DNA of 64,000 nt from Stegostoma tigrinum (lineage: Eukaryota): the NCBI RefSeq assembly GCF_030684315.1, contig NC_081376.1, positions 46,432,182 through 46,496,181 of the forward strand, read 5' to 3'. A model generated the notes under the pieces. It did not search any database. It worked only from the letters and a program-made list of their open reading frames with translations, and had not been told where the DNA came from. How positions within the stretch are numbered: the first letter of the stretch is position 1; every line of letters starts with the position of its first letter. Below are positions 13,901 to 27,255 of this stretch, piece after piece. The translations under genes and the position numbers were made by a program.

Positions 13901-14190
13901 ATTTTATATAAATGATTTAGATGAGGAGGAGACGAAGAATGGGTTTGCAAATGACACCAAAATTGATGATATAGTAAATAGTGATCGTTATCTAAGATTA
14001 CAAAAGGATCTTGATCATTTGGGCCAATGGACTGAGGAGTGGCAGATGGAGTTGAATTTAGATAAATGCGAGGTGTCGCATTTTGGTAAGATGAACAAAG
14101 GCAGGACTTAGTTAATGGTAGGGTCTTGTGGATTGTTGTAGAACAGAGAGACCAAGGGGTGCATAATTCTTTGAAATTTGCATCACACAT
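11000..14190 (+). mobile_element. Long degenerate CR1-like LINE (ORF1 esterase remnant, ORF2 EN/RT remnants) with nested insertions
   Basis: Near 11010 a VVIG-x-x-IVR...CLP-like remnant of the SGNH ORF1. RT pieces LEGILRDRIY...HGKSCLSTLIEFFEEVT...FSKAFDKV and YINDLDE...FANDTKI...WQMELNLDKCEVSHFG. Confidence 0.85.
12886..13215 (+). mobile_element. HE1-like V-SINE
   Basis: tRNA-like head ggcatggtgactcagtggttagcact...ggtttgattcc, and V-domain tttgcatgttctccccatatctgcatgggttttt. Confidence 0.8.
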
Positions 14191-15237
14191 TTTTAGTGGA
14201 GGTGATAGTTTATACTTGCACTTTTGCTGTGTAAAAATTGGTATAATAAAATTCATAGTGTATAGAGTTGATTAATTTCAAATTCCAGCAGGAATCTTCA
14301 ACATAATACCAAAATGTAGAAACAGTTATACTAAACATTGTACCTTAGTTGCTAAGCCAACGCTTTCAGTTTAATTTTTAAGGAATTATACTACATGTTT
14401 CAATCCTTTTAAACTCGAGCTGTTTTGTCTGCAGCAAAACGTTTCTTGACCTTTCTTTAAAATTTTGGGAGCAGCATGGATTAAATTTTTCTAACTTTGT
14501 AGCCTGGGATCATCTTTTAAATGTTAAATCTGTTTTCTACTTGCACATGAATCTAAATATTTGAAACGCATTTGAGGCCATTCTACTTCATGATGACTCT
14601 GCTTGTAGCAGGAGAACATTGCATTGTAACCTAGAGCTATGCACATACTTGTGGAGAGATTGATGAGTTCAAAGGTGGGAGGAGCAAAATATATTTAGTC
14701 TCTGGAATTTTGCTAAATTGCCAAGTGGAAGACCAGGGTGGTGTTTGTGATGTTCACGATTGGGTCGATGTCCTTTCCTAGCTATGAGCAAATTACCACC
14801 ACTGGTTTGCTCGTCCTTCAGTGACGTGGTTTTTTTTTCAATAGAGCATTGTGAATTCAGGCGGACAGGACCCAGATTGTTTGTTTGGTTCTGAAGTTTC
14901 AAAGCATAAACTTTGCCTATTGAGATTGCCATGTTGCTTTGCCCCAAAGATGGATGCTGCATTCCATTAGAATTAGAGGTGTGTTCTTGCAGTTAGCAGA
15001 AGGAACACAGCCAGCCACCTTGCACTCTGCAAGGTATTCTAGCGTCCCAGTGAGCAGTGTGAAGAACCATTGTGTTGACACTCAGGATTTATAACCCACT
15101 TGTGGCCTCCATAGTGGCTAAATGGGAGGCCATGCCCAGACTTCTGTAGAATGTTTTGCTGCAACATTTTCCTCAGGAGCCTTGTTTATATAGACAAAGA
15201 GTCTGTCAGCAGAAAGCTGGCTTGCTTACAAAGTGAT

Positions 15238-15418
15238 TGAGATAGTAGGAACTGCAGATGCTGGAGAATCTGAGATAACAAGGTGTCAAGCTGGATGAAC
15301 ACAGCAGGCCAAGCAGCATCAAAGGAGCTGAAGAAGGGTCTAGGCTTGAAAAATCAGCCTACCTGCCCTTTTGCTGCTTAGCCTGCTGTGTTCATCCAAC
15401 TCTACACCCTGTTATCTC
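15238..15418. mobile_element. Short palindromic PLE-derived element
   Basis: Tail plus the arm gctggatgaacacagcaggccaagcagc and its inverted partner gcctgctgtgttcatcc. Confidence 0.75.
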
Positions 15419-17534
15419 TTACTTCCAGATTTAGGATTTCACTGCAAATGGAGTAGATGCCCCACCCGTTTACCGAATTGATTAATTCACCACTCTCATT
15501 ATGGTGTAGATTTCACATGCATTACTTTTGTGTAAAGCAGACAAATAAAAAGGAGTTCACATACATGCTGGAGTCGACTGAGGAGTTGTATAGGCATTCT
15601 TCCAAGTTAGAAAATTGTAAAAACTGTATGAAGACATCATTTGAGAATGAGATTATCTGGGCTCCAGCCATTACTTGGAACTCTGTTTTGGTTTGTGAAA
15701 TTATTTCTCAACTTAACTGCTAGATGGAAAATTTCATTGGACTGAATAATTTGATCTTGGGAAAATAAGGAAAACCCAGTGTGTCTCAATCCTACAACGG
15801 TCCATCCCTGATGAAAGCAGCGATAATAGTTGAGGAGAGGTTTGTGACTGAAGCTATTCTCCCTGGCTTGTAGTAGAAAATGCAAGATAAGTCAATATAA
15901 AGAGACATGTGTATTCATTTGTTCAAAAATTTTGCTGGCCTGCTATACACATACTGTGGGAAGGTTGTTAGAATCTTATAAGAATAGTGACTGAGCAGCA
16001 AGAGAAAGTTAAGATCATTAGAGCCAAAAGCAGTTCGTAAATGATAGATAATGTTCAACAAACCTAATTAAAATTTTGAGCAAATAACTAAAGTAATAAA
16101 CTAGGAAAGGTGTATAGATATAGCTTCTTTTGATATAAATCAATAAATTACATAAACAAGGCTTGTACTTCCTGGAATACAGAAGATAGAGGACTGATTT
16201 AATTGAGGTTCCTATTTAGGATCTTAGGGAAAAAAAATTTGCGAGAGATGTTTCTCTTGGTGGTGGAGCTGAGCACGAGAATAACTATTGAAAGCTATTA
16301 CAAGGTTCCACATAAAATACTGTTAGCTAATGTTAAAGTAAGTGCAATTGAAAGCAGATTATGGAAAAGGTTGTGTGGTAGAATACAAAGTACGATTTGT
16401 GGATATATACTCAAATCTGAAGAAAGTGACAACTGGTATGCATTTTGTGACCTTTTTATTTCAAAATGTTATGCTTCAATAAAAGGAAACTGAGGCAAAG
16501 TTAACTTAATGCCTAGTTTACATATACGAACTAAATAAGATGTCCAGGAAATAATTTTTATCTGATTGCTGTTACTATTTTGGTGTATCTCTTTCTCTGG
16601 AAAGAGCCAATTGTTAAAATGCACACTACTTCATGGAAAATAGATGGTGAATGATTCAGGATCTAGCTGAGACAAGATGAACAGCAACCCCTTGTGTTGT
16701 TCCTCTGAATTCTATGCCCTGACTCTTATGTTCATATTAATTTTAAAATGTAAAGATAAACAATTAAAGGGCAGCATTTCTCTTGCTGCAGTTGATTTGA
16801 AACGGCTTGGCGAATATTTAGGGGGAGACATTGAAAACTGCTGCTATGAGTTAAGTACAGGAAATTATCTTGACACCAGGATAAACCTGAAACTTGAAGT
16901 ATGAGCCCTGGGCCTAATTCTTCCTATGGTAGGAAACTGGACACCCACCCAAAGGCAGCTGGTACCTGTGCAGGCCTTGGGTGTTAGCCGCCTGATAAGT
17001 CCCACAGCAGTGATAGGAGCAGGCCACGATGGACAAACTCACACATGGCAAGTTAGGTGAGTATTCTGCTCCTTGTAGTGTCACAGGAAACCTATGGTCA
17101 CAAATGTAAGTTAAGGTCTAAAACAAGAGAGCCACTGGTGAATCCTGAATGGGAAGGTCTACTGCCTGCTCATAAATGACTCATTGATTTGAAATAAGGA
17201 CTTTTTCCAAACCTCAGGAAACATTATTCAAGGGGTTCAAGCATTGCTTTAGCTGACTTGTGACACATCTTACAAAATGAGCCATGACTTTAATATTATG
17301 TCCAGCTCCTCTGTAGATTTGGTGCAGGGTATCTCGGTTGAAACTTGTTTTATGCCCTTAAAGTTGGTGCAAAGCATCCCCATTTCTAATCTTTGTGTGT
17401 TAATCTGCATCACTGGAGTTCACTTGACCATGTTAGCTTCTGTATTAGCTGAAGCACTATATTGGGATGATATCTTGTGCTATACAGTAGAAAGAAGTTG
17501 ATGCAAAATGTAAAACGCTTGCACATAAAAGCAG

Positions 17535-18124
17535 AGATAACCAGGTGTAGAGCTGGATGAACACAGCAGGCCAAGCAGCATCAGGAGCAGGAAAGCTAAC
17601 GTTTTGGGTCTAGATCTTTCTGCAGAAATGGGGGAGAGGAAGGGCATTCTGAAATAAATAGAGGAGGAGGCAGATGGAAGATCGATAAAGGAGGTTCAAA
17701 ATCTCCCCACCCCTGACCGCATCTCCAAACCAGCCCAGCTCGTCCCCCACCTCCCTAACATGTCTGTCCTTTCTCCCACCTATCTACTCCTCCCACCTCA
17801 ACCCCCACCCCCACCAGCCTCATCCCCGCCCCCGTGACCTTCCCTGGACTGACTAACCCCCGTCCTAACTACCCACCTACACTCACCTTTACTGGCTCCA
17901 TCTCCTCTCCACCTATCTGCTCCTTTTATCTATCCTTCATCCGCCTCCCCCCCACCCCCGGCCCTATTTATTTCAGAATCTCCTTCCTCTTCCCCATTTC
18001 TGAAGAAAGGTCTAGACCTGAAACGTCAGCTTTCTTTCTCTTCTGCTACTTGGCCTGCTGTGTTCATCCAACCGTACACCTTGCTATATCAGATTCTCCA
18101 GCATCTGCAGTTCCTGCTATCTCT
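17535..18124. mobile_element. Fold-back PLE-derived element with 14-bp TSD
   Basis: gcacataaaagcag (17521-17534) and gcatataaaagcag (18125-18138); inverted terminal segment plus C-rich 3' UTR. Confidence 0.8.
18000..18027 (+). ncRNA. Minimal hammerhead ribozyme core variant
   Basis: CUGAAGA-A-AGGUCUAGACCU-GAAACGUC: core intact, and stem II is a perfect palindrome. Confidence 0.55.
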
Positions 18125-18414
18125 GCATATAAAAGCAGTTCTCCAGACTGGTTTTGAAGTAGCAATGTCTACAGTTAAACCTCTGGTACTTCACTTTTTC
18201 AATAGCTTGCCATAGCTCAACCAACGTTGTTATTCCTCTGGCTTGGAGCAGTGATGCCCTTATCTGATTTCCTTTATCACTTCCTTCGTCTGGAGAAAAC
18301 AAAGTTCCAATTCATTCACATTTGTCAGGATTGTATGGAAGTTGTTATTTTGGAGAGAGGGTTTTTTGAAAGTGTTTAACTAAGTTACTTACTTTTTTGT
18401 GCTTTTATCCTTAG

Positions 18415-18465
18415 GGGGAAGAAATTTTCCTTGATATGTTTGAAGATGAATATCGAGCCATGATG
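18415..18465 (+). CDS. CLEC16A: CLEC16A internal coding exon (GEEIFLDMFEDEYRAMM)
   Basis: Acceptor ttttatccttag and donor gtacgt; 51 nt, in frame with the neighbouring exons; recognisable CLEC16A motif GEEIFLDMFEDEY. Confidence 0.95.
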
Positions 18466-18869
18466 GTACGTGATCATCAGAGTAGGGTCATTTTCCAGTT
18501 CAACTCAAGTAGTTTGCTCAGTATACCCTAAATTCTATAATTATGTATTTGCACAGCTTGAACTTAGAAAATCACTTATGTGCTTTCTTAGTGAATTGAT
18601 ACAAGCTTTATGTTTAAGAAATATACAATAATTCATGTGTGTGTTAGGGTACTCTTTTCTTAAAGATGACCATTAGTCAAATGTGTTGCAAGACTGTAGC
18701 CCTAGAATTGCACAAGAACAGAGATTTGAAGTAGATCCTTTTATCAGCCTTCGTACCTTGTTGAAAAATCTAATCATTGTTTTTCAAAGGTGCAAAGAAG
18801 TCTTTAATTGAAAGTATTTGGAGCATCAGTAGTTATTCCTTTAACCAAAGTACATAATGAAAAAGATTT

Positions 18870-19457
18870 CAGATAGTGTAGGGGGAGGGGCTTAGGTTAG
18901 TTCACAGGTTGACGCAACATCGAGGGCCGAAAGTCCTGTTCTGCGCTGTATTGTTCTATGTTCTAGATTATCTATTGTCAATTAGCATGGAATATATTTT
19001 TCAATATCAATATAATTGCTGCACTTAATCTGAAAGTGATTACAAATTTATTTCGGACAATGTTGAGAACAGTGGAATATGAGGAGGCTATTTAACCCCT
19101 TGAGCTTGTTGCAACAATTAATGTGATCATGCTGGTGTGTGACCTAACTCCATAAATCCATTTTTACTCCACATTACTTGATATATCGTTGGTTAACAAA
19201 ATTCTTTCAATTTACTGTTGCAATTGGTCAAATAGTGCCTTGTGGCTTGCCATTCCGAATTTATATCATCTTATATGTGTAAATGTCTTTCCTACATGAG
19301 GGGCATTTAAACAGCCCTTGGATAAGCATATGGATGATGATGGGATAGTGCAGGGGAATGGGCTTAGATTAGTTCACAGGTCGGCGCAACATCGAGGGCC
19401 GAAGGGCCTGTTCTGCGCTGTCTTGTTCTTTGTTCTTTGTTCCATGTTCTATGTTCT
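18870..19457 (+). repeat. Two short 3' tails of one CR1-like subfamily (about 18870-18965 and 19295-19457)
   Basis: Both contain ttagttcacaggt..cgcaacatcgagggccgaa..cctgttctgcgctgt..tgttctatgttcta. Confidence 0.7.
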
Positions 19458-20249
19458 AATTTCACTCTTGTGAGGCCTTCATTTAATTTTGATAATAATG
19501 CCCTGTAGTTCCAGATGCCCAACCAGCAGAACTAGTTTCTCTCTATTTACCCTGTCTGTTCAACATAATATCTTGAAAACATCAATCAAATCACCCCTAT
19601 ACCTTTTAAATTTCAGGAAATACCGCCCTAGTTCTCATAATTCTTTCTCCCACTTTAACCTGTGGGGTCCCCATATAATACTGATTACCACTGTGTCACC
19701 ACCTCCCTTCAGGTTATGTTACTGGACTGGTAAACCAAGACCTCAGGCTAATGTTCTGGAGATACGAGTTTGATCCCACCATGGCAGATGGTGAAATTTG
19801 AATTCACTATAAGCCTGAAATAAAAAGAACAACTGGAGAACGGTTGTAAATTATTGTAAAAACCCACCTTATTTATTAATATCCTTCAGCTAAAATTCAC
19901 AAAGCTGCTTATAGTATTGCAGCTGTGATTCAACTAATGTTTTACATGGGTGAAGTCTGATATCTGCCCTGTTACATTGTACTCCTCACTGAGTACATTA
20001 ATGTGCCATGGTGAACCCACTGACTTGCTGCCCAACCTGGCATGTACTCCAAAAGAGATGGGGTATAAGACAATCAGTAGGCTTTCCACCATGTGGTGTG
20101 TTGAGGCCCTTAACCACCTAAGTATGTGGCAATCCTGGCCTTAGTCTCCCCCTGCTGCCTTAACATGCTGGGCACTGGCAGGCAGGTCAGTGTTGGCATG
20201 GTCTTAGTGGCTGCTATTACTGGGCAAGTCAGACCCCAAAGTGAAATCT

Positions 20250-21064
20250 AGCATGATAGATCATTTTTGTTTTATCAAGGTAATCCTACACTGAAACACA
20301 ACCACACAGTGCTGCAGGTATGGCTTTAACAATAAAGCAGAAGTTCATTATTCAAAGATAAAACAGAATAAACTAAACTGGCTGTTTATAACATGTATTT
20401 TAAAATCTTTCAAATTTGACAAAATATAATCCCATTAATCCCAAAACCCTCCTTTTCAGTATTCTCAGCAGAGAAAATTTCCTTCTGTATCTCATCCAAA
20501 GAGCTTAATTTAACTGTCTCTTTAATTCCTAGTCTTGAGAATCTTGTAGCTGCTTCCTTGAATTTTCACACAACTAAACTTAGACGACTTCAGCTTCAAA
20601 TAACCCCTTTAACTTCAACGAAACAGTTATGGTCTGGAACCTTCAAACTAAATTTACACTTAGGGAGTCTATTTCTTAACAGTTTTAAACTATTCCCTTT
20701 CTTCAGGAACAACTGTACTGCGTATCAGGTTTCAGCCAAAAATTTTGCAAACTGAAATTAAAAAGTTTTCCAAGCTATAGGTGTTTCCCCTAAGTCCAAA
20801 AACAATTGTCAAATCTTCTAACTGAAATTGAACGTGCTGCACTTTTTGCTTCACTTTTAAAAATTCTTCCAATAAGAACAAAACCCCATTACTCTCTGGA
20901 AGTGTCGCTCATACTGTGTTTTAAAAGAAATCATGTGACTACAGAAATGTTCACAAGTTAATCATTAAAATACTTTATAGACCAAAGCTATATGTCAATC
21001 ATTTAAAGTCCAAACCCTAAAATGAGTTATAATAAGTATTGTGTTTAAAATGTATATAAATCAC
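20250..21064 (-). mobile_element. Possible solo LTR
   Basis: Reverse complement starts tgtgattt... and has a polyA-like region near its 3' end. Pattern recognition only; no second copy in the window. Confidence 0.3.
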
Positions 21065-21367
21065 ACTGCTTTCATCACTATTTTTTGACAAGTAGATTTT
21101 TGAAAAGGCGGGAGGGGATTGGGGACATGTCATTTGTGGGTATGTCCAGTGTGCATTGGACCATCTCACTCCCACGAAGCTATCGACAACCACCATTTCT
21201 CCTTACCCAACTTCTAAATCCTGCTTACCCTGCCGCCCCAAACAACATTTGCACTCCCCTTGCACTCTTCCCTGAGGCTGGCTGATTCCTTGCCTCCTTA
21301 AAAGCCCTACATATTTCTCGCCCTGGTGCCATCACTGTGTTCTTAATTTTGTTCTGGACCCACTAGG

Positions 21368-21554
21368 TTATCGAGCTGGTTCGTTGTTGTTCCAAAGATG
21401 TTTCATTACCCTACTGGGTAACATCATCAGTGCAGCCTCTGATGTTACCCAGCAGGGTAATTAAATGTCTGTGGAACAGCAACAGTCCAGCTCGGCGAGC
21501 CAACCAAGCTCAACCTCCACAACCCAAGCTACAAACCTAGCCCAAAACCTTAGA
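21368..21554. mobile_element. Short palindromic element, second hammerhead-bearing family
   Basis: Inverted arms ttaccctactgggtaacatca and tgatgttacccagcagggtaa; TSD-like gacccactagg (21357-21367) and gacgcactagg (21555-21565). Confidence 0.65.
21397..21430 (-). ncRNA. Hammerhead-like core of a second element family
   Basis: Reverse complement reads CUGAUGA-U-GUUACCC(AGUA)GGGUAAU-GAAA-CA-UC, with a 7-bp stem II. Confidence 0.55.
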
Positions 21555-22118
21555 GACGCACTAGGATAAGTAGAACTGATTTGATTGGCTGGTACCTCCT
21601 GAAGGATGAGACTTCCTGGCCATTGAGTACTAGAAGTCAGTTACTTGGGCTGCTTTTAATCTGCCCATGTGTGATATCACTGCAGGATAAACCTTATTAA
21701 AGGCTTACATGTTTGGAACTGCTATGCCGAACACCATGCATATAAAATCTAGCTCAGGATGTGTAGAGAGAAAAATTAGGATAATGTTGACTCTGTAAAT
21801 GTTCCTTTCAGTGTATTAATGATTTTCTGGGATTTCTGCTCTGACGCACAAATTCTTAGAAGTTTGTGCTTACTGTAGGGGAACAGCAGTGAGCTAAAAT
21901 GATTCTTTAGTAAGAATGGTAAATTAAAGATGTCTTTTTGTCAAAATGGCTTCACGTTGAATACGGCCTGGGCTGCTTTTGTCTAATCTCAGTTCTTTGG
22001 AACCAAAGCAGCAGCTGATGGAAACATTTTGATTGGCGGCATCTTTGGAGAGAAAAACAGTAATTGACACGAAAGTTGCTGAAACGTTGTATATTAATTT
22101 CTGCTTTTAATTTCCCAG

Positions 22119-22247
22119 AGCAAACCTCTAAATGTAGAGTACCTGATGATGGATGCATCTATTCTGCTACCTCCTACTGGCACCCCACTAACTGGTATAG
22201 ATTTTGTGAAAAGGCTACCTTGTGGCGATGTGGAGAGAACAAGGCGG
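22119..22247 (+). CDS. CLEC16A: CLEC16A internal coding exon (SKPLNVEYLMMDASILLPPTGTPLTGIDFVKRLPCGDVERTRR)
   Basis: Acceptor tttcccag and donor gtaagc; 129 nt, open frame; near-identical to the CLEC16A peptide. Confidence 0.96.
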
Positions 22248-23854
22248 GTAAGCACAGAATACAGTTGGTAGACTGAACAGTCGAACAACTTGTCTATTCA
22301 GTTTATCTTGACTGCAAGCACTCAACACTTCAAAAGAATAATAAACTCAGTTTGCAATAAGAAGTCTTTCACAATCTTTCAATGTAAATTTCCTCAAGTA
22401 AAGTTAAGTTTTAATTGGGGAGATTGTATTTTAAATGAACAGTACAAGATACTTGGTGAAATTGTTATAACTGTTATGGGAAAGGTCCAGGCAAAGTCAA
22501 ACCCCACTACTCCTCAAGCTGTACTGAAAGTGTAACTGTCTTGTTTAATCACCCAAATGGTTGTCTCAGCTCTCCTTATGGCTATTATCTAGAACAAACT
22601 ATACTTGCCCCAGGTTTCTTCAGTAAACTCAAATAACTTGAATATTAAGAACAAATGTATTCTTCAGGGAAATGGCAAATAGGTTATTAAATAAATTACT
22701 ATGTGGGCTTAAACAATGTCCCCTTAATCCGCATGCATTTGTACACATAAGTCACACAGCCCTGCTGTGATGTACGGATGTGACAAAAAGGCAAAAACGG
22801 AGCATCACTTTTGTAGGTAAAGGATTCAAATTCAGAAGATAGAAGGGGTTGACTTATCAGAATTTCTTTTGAAATCTGACTGTTGACAGTTGTTAAATGA
22901 TGGAGATCTTCAGATCATGTCTCCGATTCGGATGGCAAATGGGAAACACTTGAAACTTTCAATACTCTTTCTTCTAAACTACTTCAGTGACAGAGCTTTT
23001 CAGCCCATTTTTCACCAATTATTTTTCCCTAACTGCCTTTCCTTGCAAGCCTCTACGCCACTGCAACATCTAGGTGTTCCTTAAAATAAATCAACTCTAG
23101 AGGCTGCTGCTAGGCAACTTTTAAGCATGAATCTAAGGGTTTTTTCCAACCTGTTGCAAATATTAAATAAGTGGTCAGAGTTGGCTTTGCTGAAATTGAG
23201 TCCAAGAAGCTTCTAACAGTTAATGGTTCATTTCCTGTAATACTCCTGAAGTTGCCCTATATAATTTCATTGCCTGAACTTGCACACTTATTTGGATAGA
23301 TTGAGTGGAGCACCTGAATGGTGCTGTAAGATGACTATACTTGAGGGTTTGTTTGTGCATCAGCTGTATTTTTCAACAGTGTATGTATTGTTTCAACCAA
23401 ACATTAATCAGTTCACAACTGCATCGAAATCGAGGGTGTACAACGATTTTAGCTCCCTTGGTAAGTCACTTGAGACATTTTCTTGCCCAGCCATTTGCTG
23501 GAAGATGAATCATTCATCATAAGAACGTGTACCACAGGAGCATTGTAGAACAAAGTTTGACACCTAGATAATATGGCTAAATGTTAGGCCAATGAATGCT
23601 GGCTTTGTCAGTAATGCCCACATCCATACTTAAATAACAGAACAAATCACTGTTACAATATAGGTCAATACAGTAGCCAGTACACCCTAAACATGAGCTG
23701 GATTGAGATAATGACTCAAATTTGCTTTTTTTTTAAAAAAAGTTTATTGATGAATAAATGTTGTCATAGACTTGGCAATCGTTCTAATTTTCCTTGAATT
23801 GCGACATGGGGTCTTTTATGTCCAAATAAATGGAGGTGATGGCCTAGTGATATT

Positions 23855-24170
23855 ATAGCTAGACTATTAATTTAGAAACCTAGGTAATCTTCTGAAGACC
23901 TGGGTGTGAATCCCACCACAACAGTGAAATTTGAGTTCAGTAGGAGTCTGGAATTAAACCTGGAATTGAAACTATTATCGATTGTCAGGAAAAACCCATC
24001 TGGCTCACTAATGACCTTTAGGGAAGGAAATCAATTGCTGTTACCTGGTCTGGCCTACATATGACTCCAGATTCTCAGAAATATGGTTGACTCTCAACTG
24101 CCCTCTGGGCACTGAGAGATGGGTAATGAACGATGGCCCAGCCAGAGATACCTACAACCTGTGTATGAAT
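23855..24170 (+). mobile_element. Second tRNA-derived SINE family (relatives at about 19710-19890 and 63845-64000)
   Basis: Head ggcctagtg(g/a)tatta...ctagactattaat...tgggtgtgaatcccacca; shared body gaaatttgagttca...aaaacccatctggctcactaatg. Confidence 0.65.
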
Positions 24171-24299
24171 TTTATTGTGTTAGCGATCTCTGGAACAATG
24201 TGACGTTTCTTCTTTCTTCTTGTAATTTATTACATTAAGTGGATCTAATTTTAAAGCATCGTCAGTATTGAATTGAATTTTTATTTTGCTTTTGTTAAG

Positions 24300-24420
24300 G
24301 CTATCAGGGTTTTCTTTATGCTCCGTTCTTTGTCGCTGCAACTACAAGGTGAGCCAGAAACACAGCTACCACTGACGAGGGACGAGGATCTTATTAAAAC
24401 AGATGATGTGTTAGATCTGA
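24300..24420 (+). CDS. CLEC16A: CLEC16A internal coding exon (AIRVFFMLRSLSLQLQGEPETQLPLTRDEDLIKTDDVLDL)
   Basis: Acceptor ttttgttaag and donor gtaagt; 121 nt ending in phase 1. Confidence 0.96.
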
Positions 24421-26914
24421 GTAAGTATTAAATAGGCTGCTGGTGCTGCTTTTGTATCTCTCAATGGTTATTGAGGGCTGCATTCTTTTTCATTTTAGAA
24501 TTTCTTTGAAAGAGGAGCATTGCAGTTCATGAGCCATGTGAATCTTAATTTCTCGATTTATTGGAAAGTATCCATGTATTTTGTGAAGTTGCACTGTTTT
24601 GTTATACAATATGTACAGGAGAATGTATTGACTATTGACTCCTTAAAGCTGTTATGGTGTAAACCACAGTTAAGAATCTGTGGTAATGACTCTCGGGAAT
24701 AACTGATGCTTAAAATTTCGCCGCTTTAACGTCATGTCTACTTCAAATGTAATGGCTGAAATTATCTTTGTGGCATTTTTTGCTGTAAAGGAATCTATTC
24801 AATATCTTATTTTAAAGTTCACTCAATTATTTATTGTAGGTTTAAGTTACTGAACAAGCTTGGTTGCTTTCAAGGTGGGACTAAGGAAATGCTAAAAGCA
24901 AAATAATATGACTAACTTGGCATCATGGCTATGGTGGTCATGTTGCCTGGGGTTTAGATCTGGGCAGCGAGTGAAAGCCAGAAGGGGTCAGGTGGTGGAA
25001 TGATTTGACAGCAGGGATGGTTGAAATTAGATGGCCATCAAGGTTAGGGTAGTTGCTGCCATTGGGGTTCTGGGTTTTGAATCGAGGTTCCTGGCCATGG
25101 AGACAATAGTCACATTAATTTGGATCCGAGACACATGTTGCAGAAACTCGAGGGGATGTTGCAGAATCCAACAACAGGTGGCACAGAACAAGGGAGTCAA
25201 GATGAGTGAGCGTTGGTGAATGATGGAAGTTCAGACTTAATGTGCGTTCAACCTTGATTGGTATTGATGCTAAAATTCTTGATGTTTATAGTTTGCCAAT
25301 ACCAGCTTCCAAGGACTTGAGTTCCTGCCATTTATGTTCATTGGTTACTGAGTATGTCTTGAAGGAATAACACCTAAAGTCACGTGCATACAATGCATGT
25401 TTGCTGAATTAATTTCCTTCTCAAGTTTGATTTGGTTTTATGAGATTTGTGGCATTTTATCCTCTTCAAAGTATTCTTGAAGTTTAACCAACTTTTAAAA
25501 GAATCACATCTGTCACTGTATTCATAACCAAACTTTGTGTTACTATTGTTAACCACTGTTTTTAATTACTCCTGTTTATAATAGAATAGGCGGGGCATAT
25601 TGATATTTGAATTAGTTAAGTGTTATCTTTTTCTGTTACCACTTGTACTGTTGAATTTTTAACTTCCCATTTATAATATTTGATAGCTGGATTCATACCA
25701 GTGCATTCTTTGCCAGCAACTGGGGGGTAAAAGGAATAAATTTAGAAATATTAATTAATGTGAAGAAAGTAGATGTCCAGCTTCTGTAGGATAATCTTCA
25801 TTTCTTTATGGAATGCTCTACATAAAACATGTGGGACAAATAATATGTGTTGTTGGTATCTTAAAGTTATGCTGATTTGTTTTACTGTTGTATATTTGAT
25901 TGGTTTGCTCTACTGAAGAAACCTAATCCTCAAGCAAAGTTTTGTTGGACAATGTTCCAGGGCCTGTGAAAACAGTGGCCCAGTACCAATGATGATCAAC
26001 ATGTTGATGATTCAGACTAATCCATCAAGCTGCTGTGCTGGCAATTCAATGAGTGGATTGGTGCTGACTTTTGGCCTTTGTGCTATTATTGAGGTCTGTG
26101 CCCATGATATAAACCTACTGTTGTCTTTCTGCTAAGCTCCATGTTTTTGGTTCCTGCTATCACCAGCTTTCATGTTTCCCATCTTGTATACCTATCACTT
26201 CTATCTCTTCCCACACAAGTCGTGTCTAGGTCTTTGATTACTGATTTCTCTCTTTGCACTGCTTTTAGCCTCATTTTGAAGCATATTTTACACTTATGAA
26301 AATGAAGAACTTACAAGAACTTTGGAGGGAAGGAAAGAAAATGGAATAATCTGGTTTTGTTCCTTCTGACTCTTCTTGCAATCCTAAACGTCCTGGGATT
26401 ATATGAATGAAATAGCTATACTTGTTTCTAAGAAATTTTAGAAGCCCCTCAAGGAGAGGTGAATTTTTGATTTGTGAATTTTTTTTATATATAAAGGTGG
26501 GCTAGAACAAACCTTTTAGCTTGTTTCCTGCTCCAGGATACTATTTAATGTTTTATTCAAACAATTCAAAAATACTGTAGCAAAATGAGAAACTTTTTCG
26601 TTGTAAGTTTAAGTTTGAGTAGGTGCTTTTAGTTTTATGATATTAGTCAGGTGTTCCACATGTTCGTTCTTGACATTGGTGTGGGGCATGGTATTGTGCA
26701 TTATAGTGGTTTTCCAGTCTACTTCACCAGCTTTACGGTAAATGACTCAACCACACTACAGTTCAGATAAGAAAGTGGGATGGCTTAACTTGAAATTTTC
26801 TGTGTTGTGGTATTTGGCTTTTTGGTCAGTGGCTAATGGTGTTAAGTGTCTTTTCCAAGTAGCACGTAATAGTCATGAGAGAACAACTGTATTTAATTCA
26901 TTTTAAAAGATTTA

Positions 26915-27255
26915 ATACACAGAATCCCTACGGAGTGGCAACAGGCCAATCGGCCCAAAGAGTCCTTACCACCACCCCCCATGGAACATCTCACCCAACT
27001 CATTCTCCTACCTCTGCATTTCCACGTGCCTAATCCACCCAACCTAAATATCCCTGGACACTACGGGCAATTTAGCATTGCCAAACTATCTACCCTGAGA
27101 CATCTTTTGGACTGTGGGAGGAACCAGAGCACCCAGAGGAAACCCACGCAGATATGGGAAGAATGTGCAAACTCCACACAGGCAGTTGCTGAGGGTGGAA
27201 TTGAACCCGGGTCCCTGGTGCTATGAGGCAGCAGTGCTAACCACTGTGCCTCCCA
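26915..27255 (-). mobile_element. HE1-like V-SINE
   Basis: Reverse complement: ggcacagtggttagcactgctgcctcatagcaccagggacccgggttcaattcc, followed by the V-domain. Confidence 0.85.

Noticed and set aside
22470-23260. Possible solo LTRs here and at about 9520-10400 and 47550-48200
   Set aside because: Only suggestive tgtta/tgtag ends and composition; no paired LTR, TSD or internal domain could be verified.
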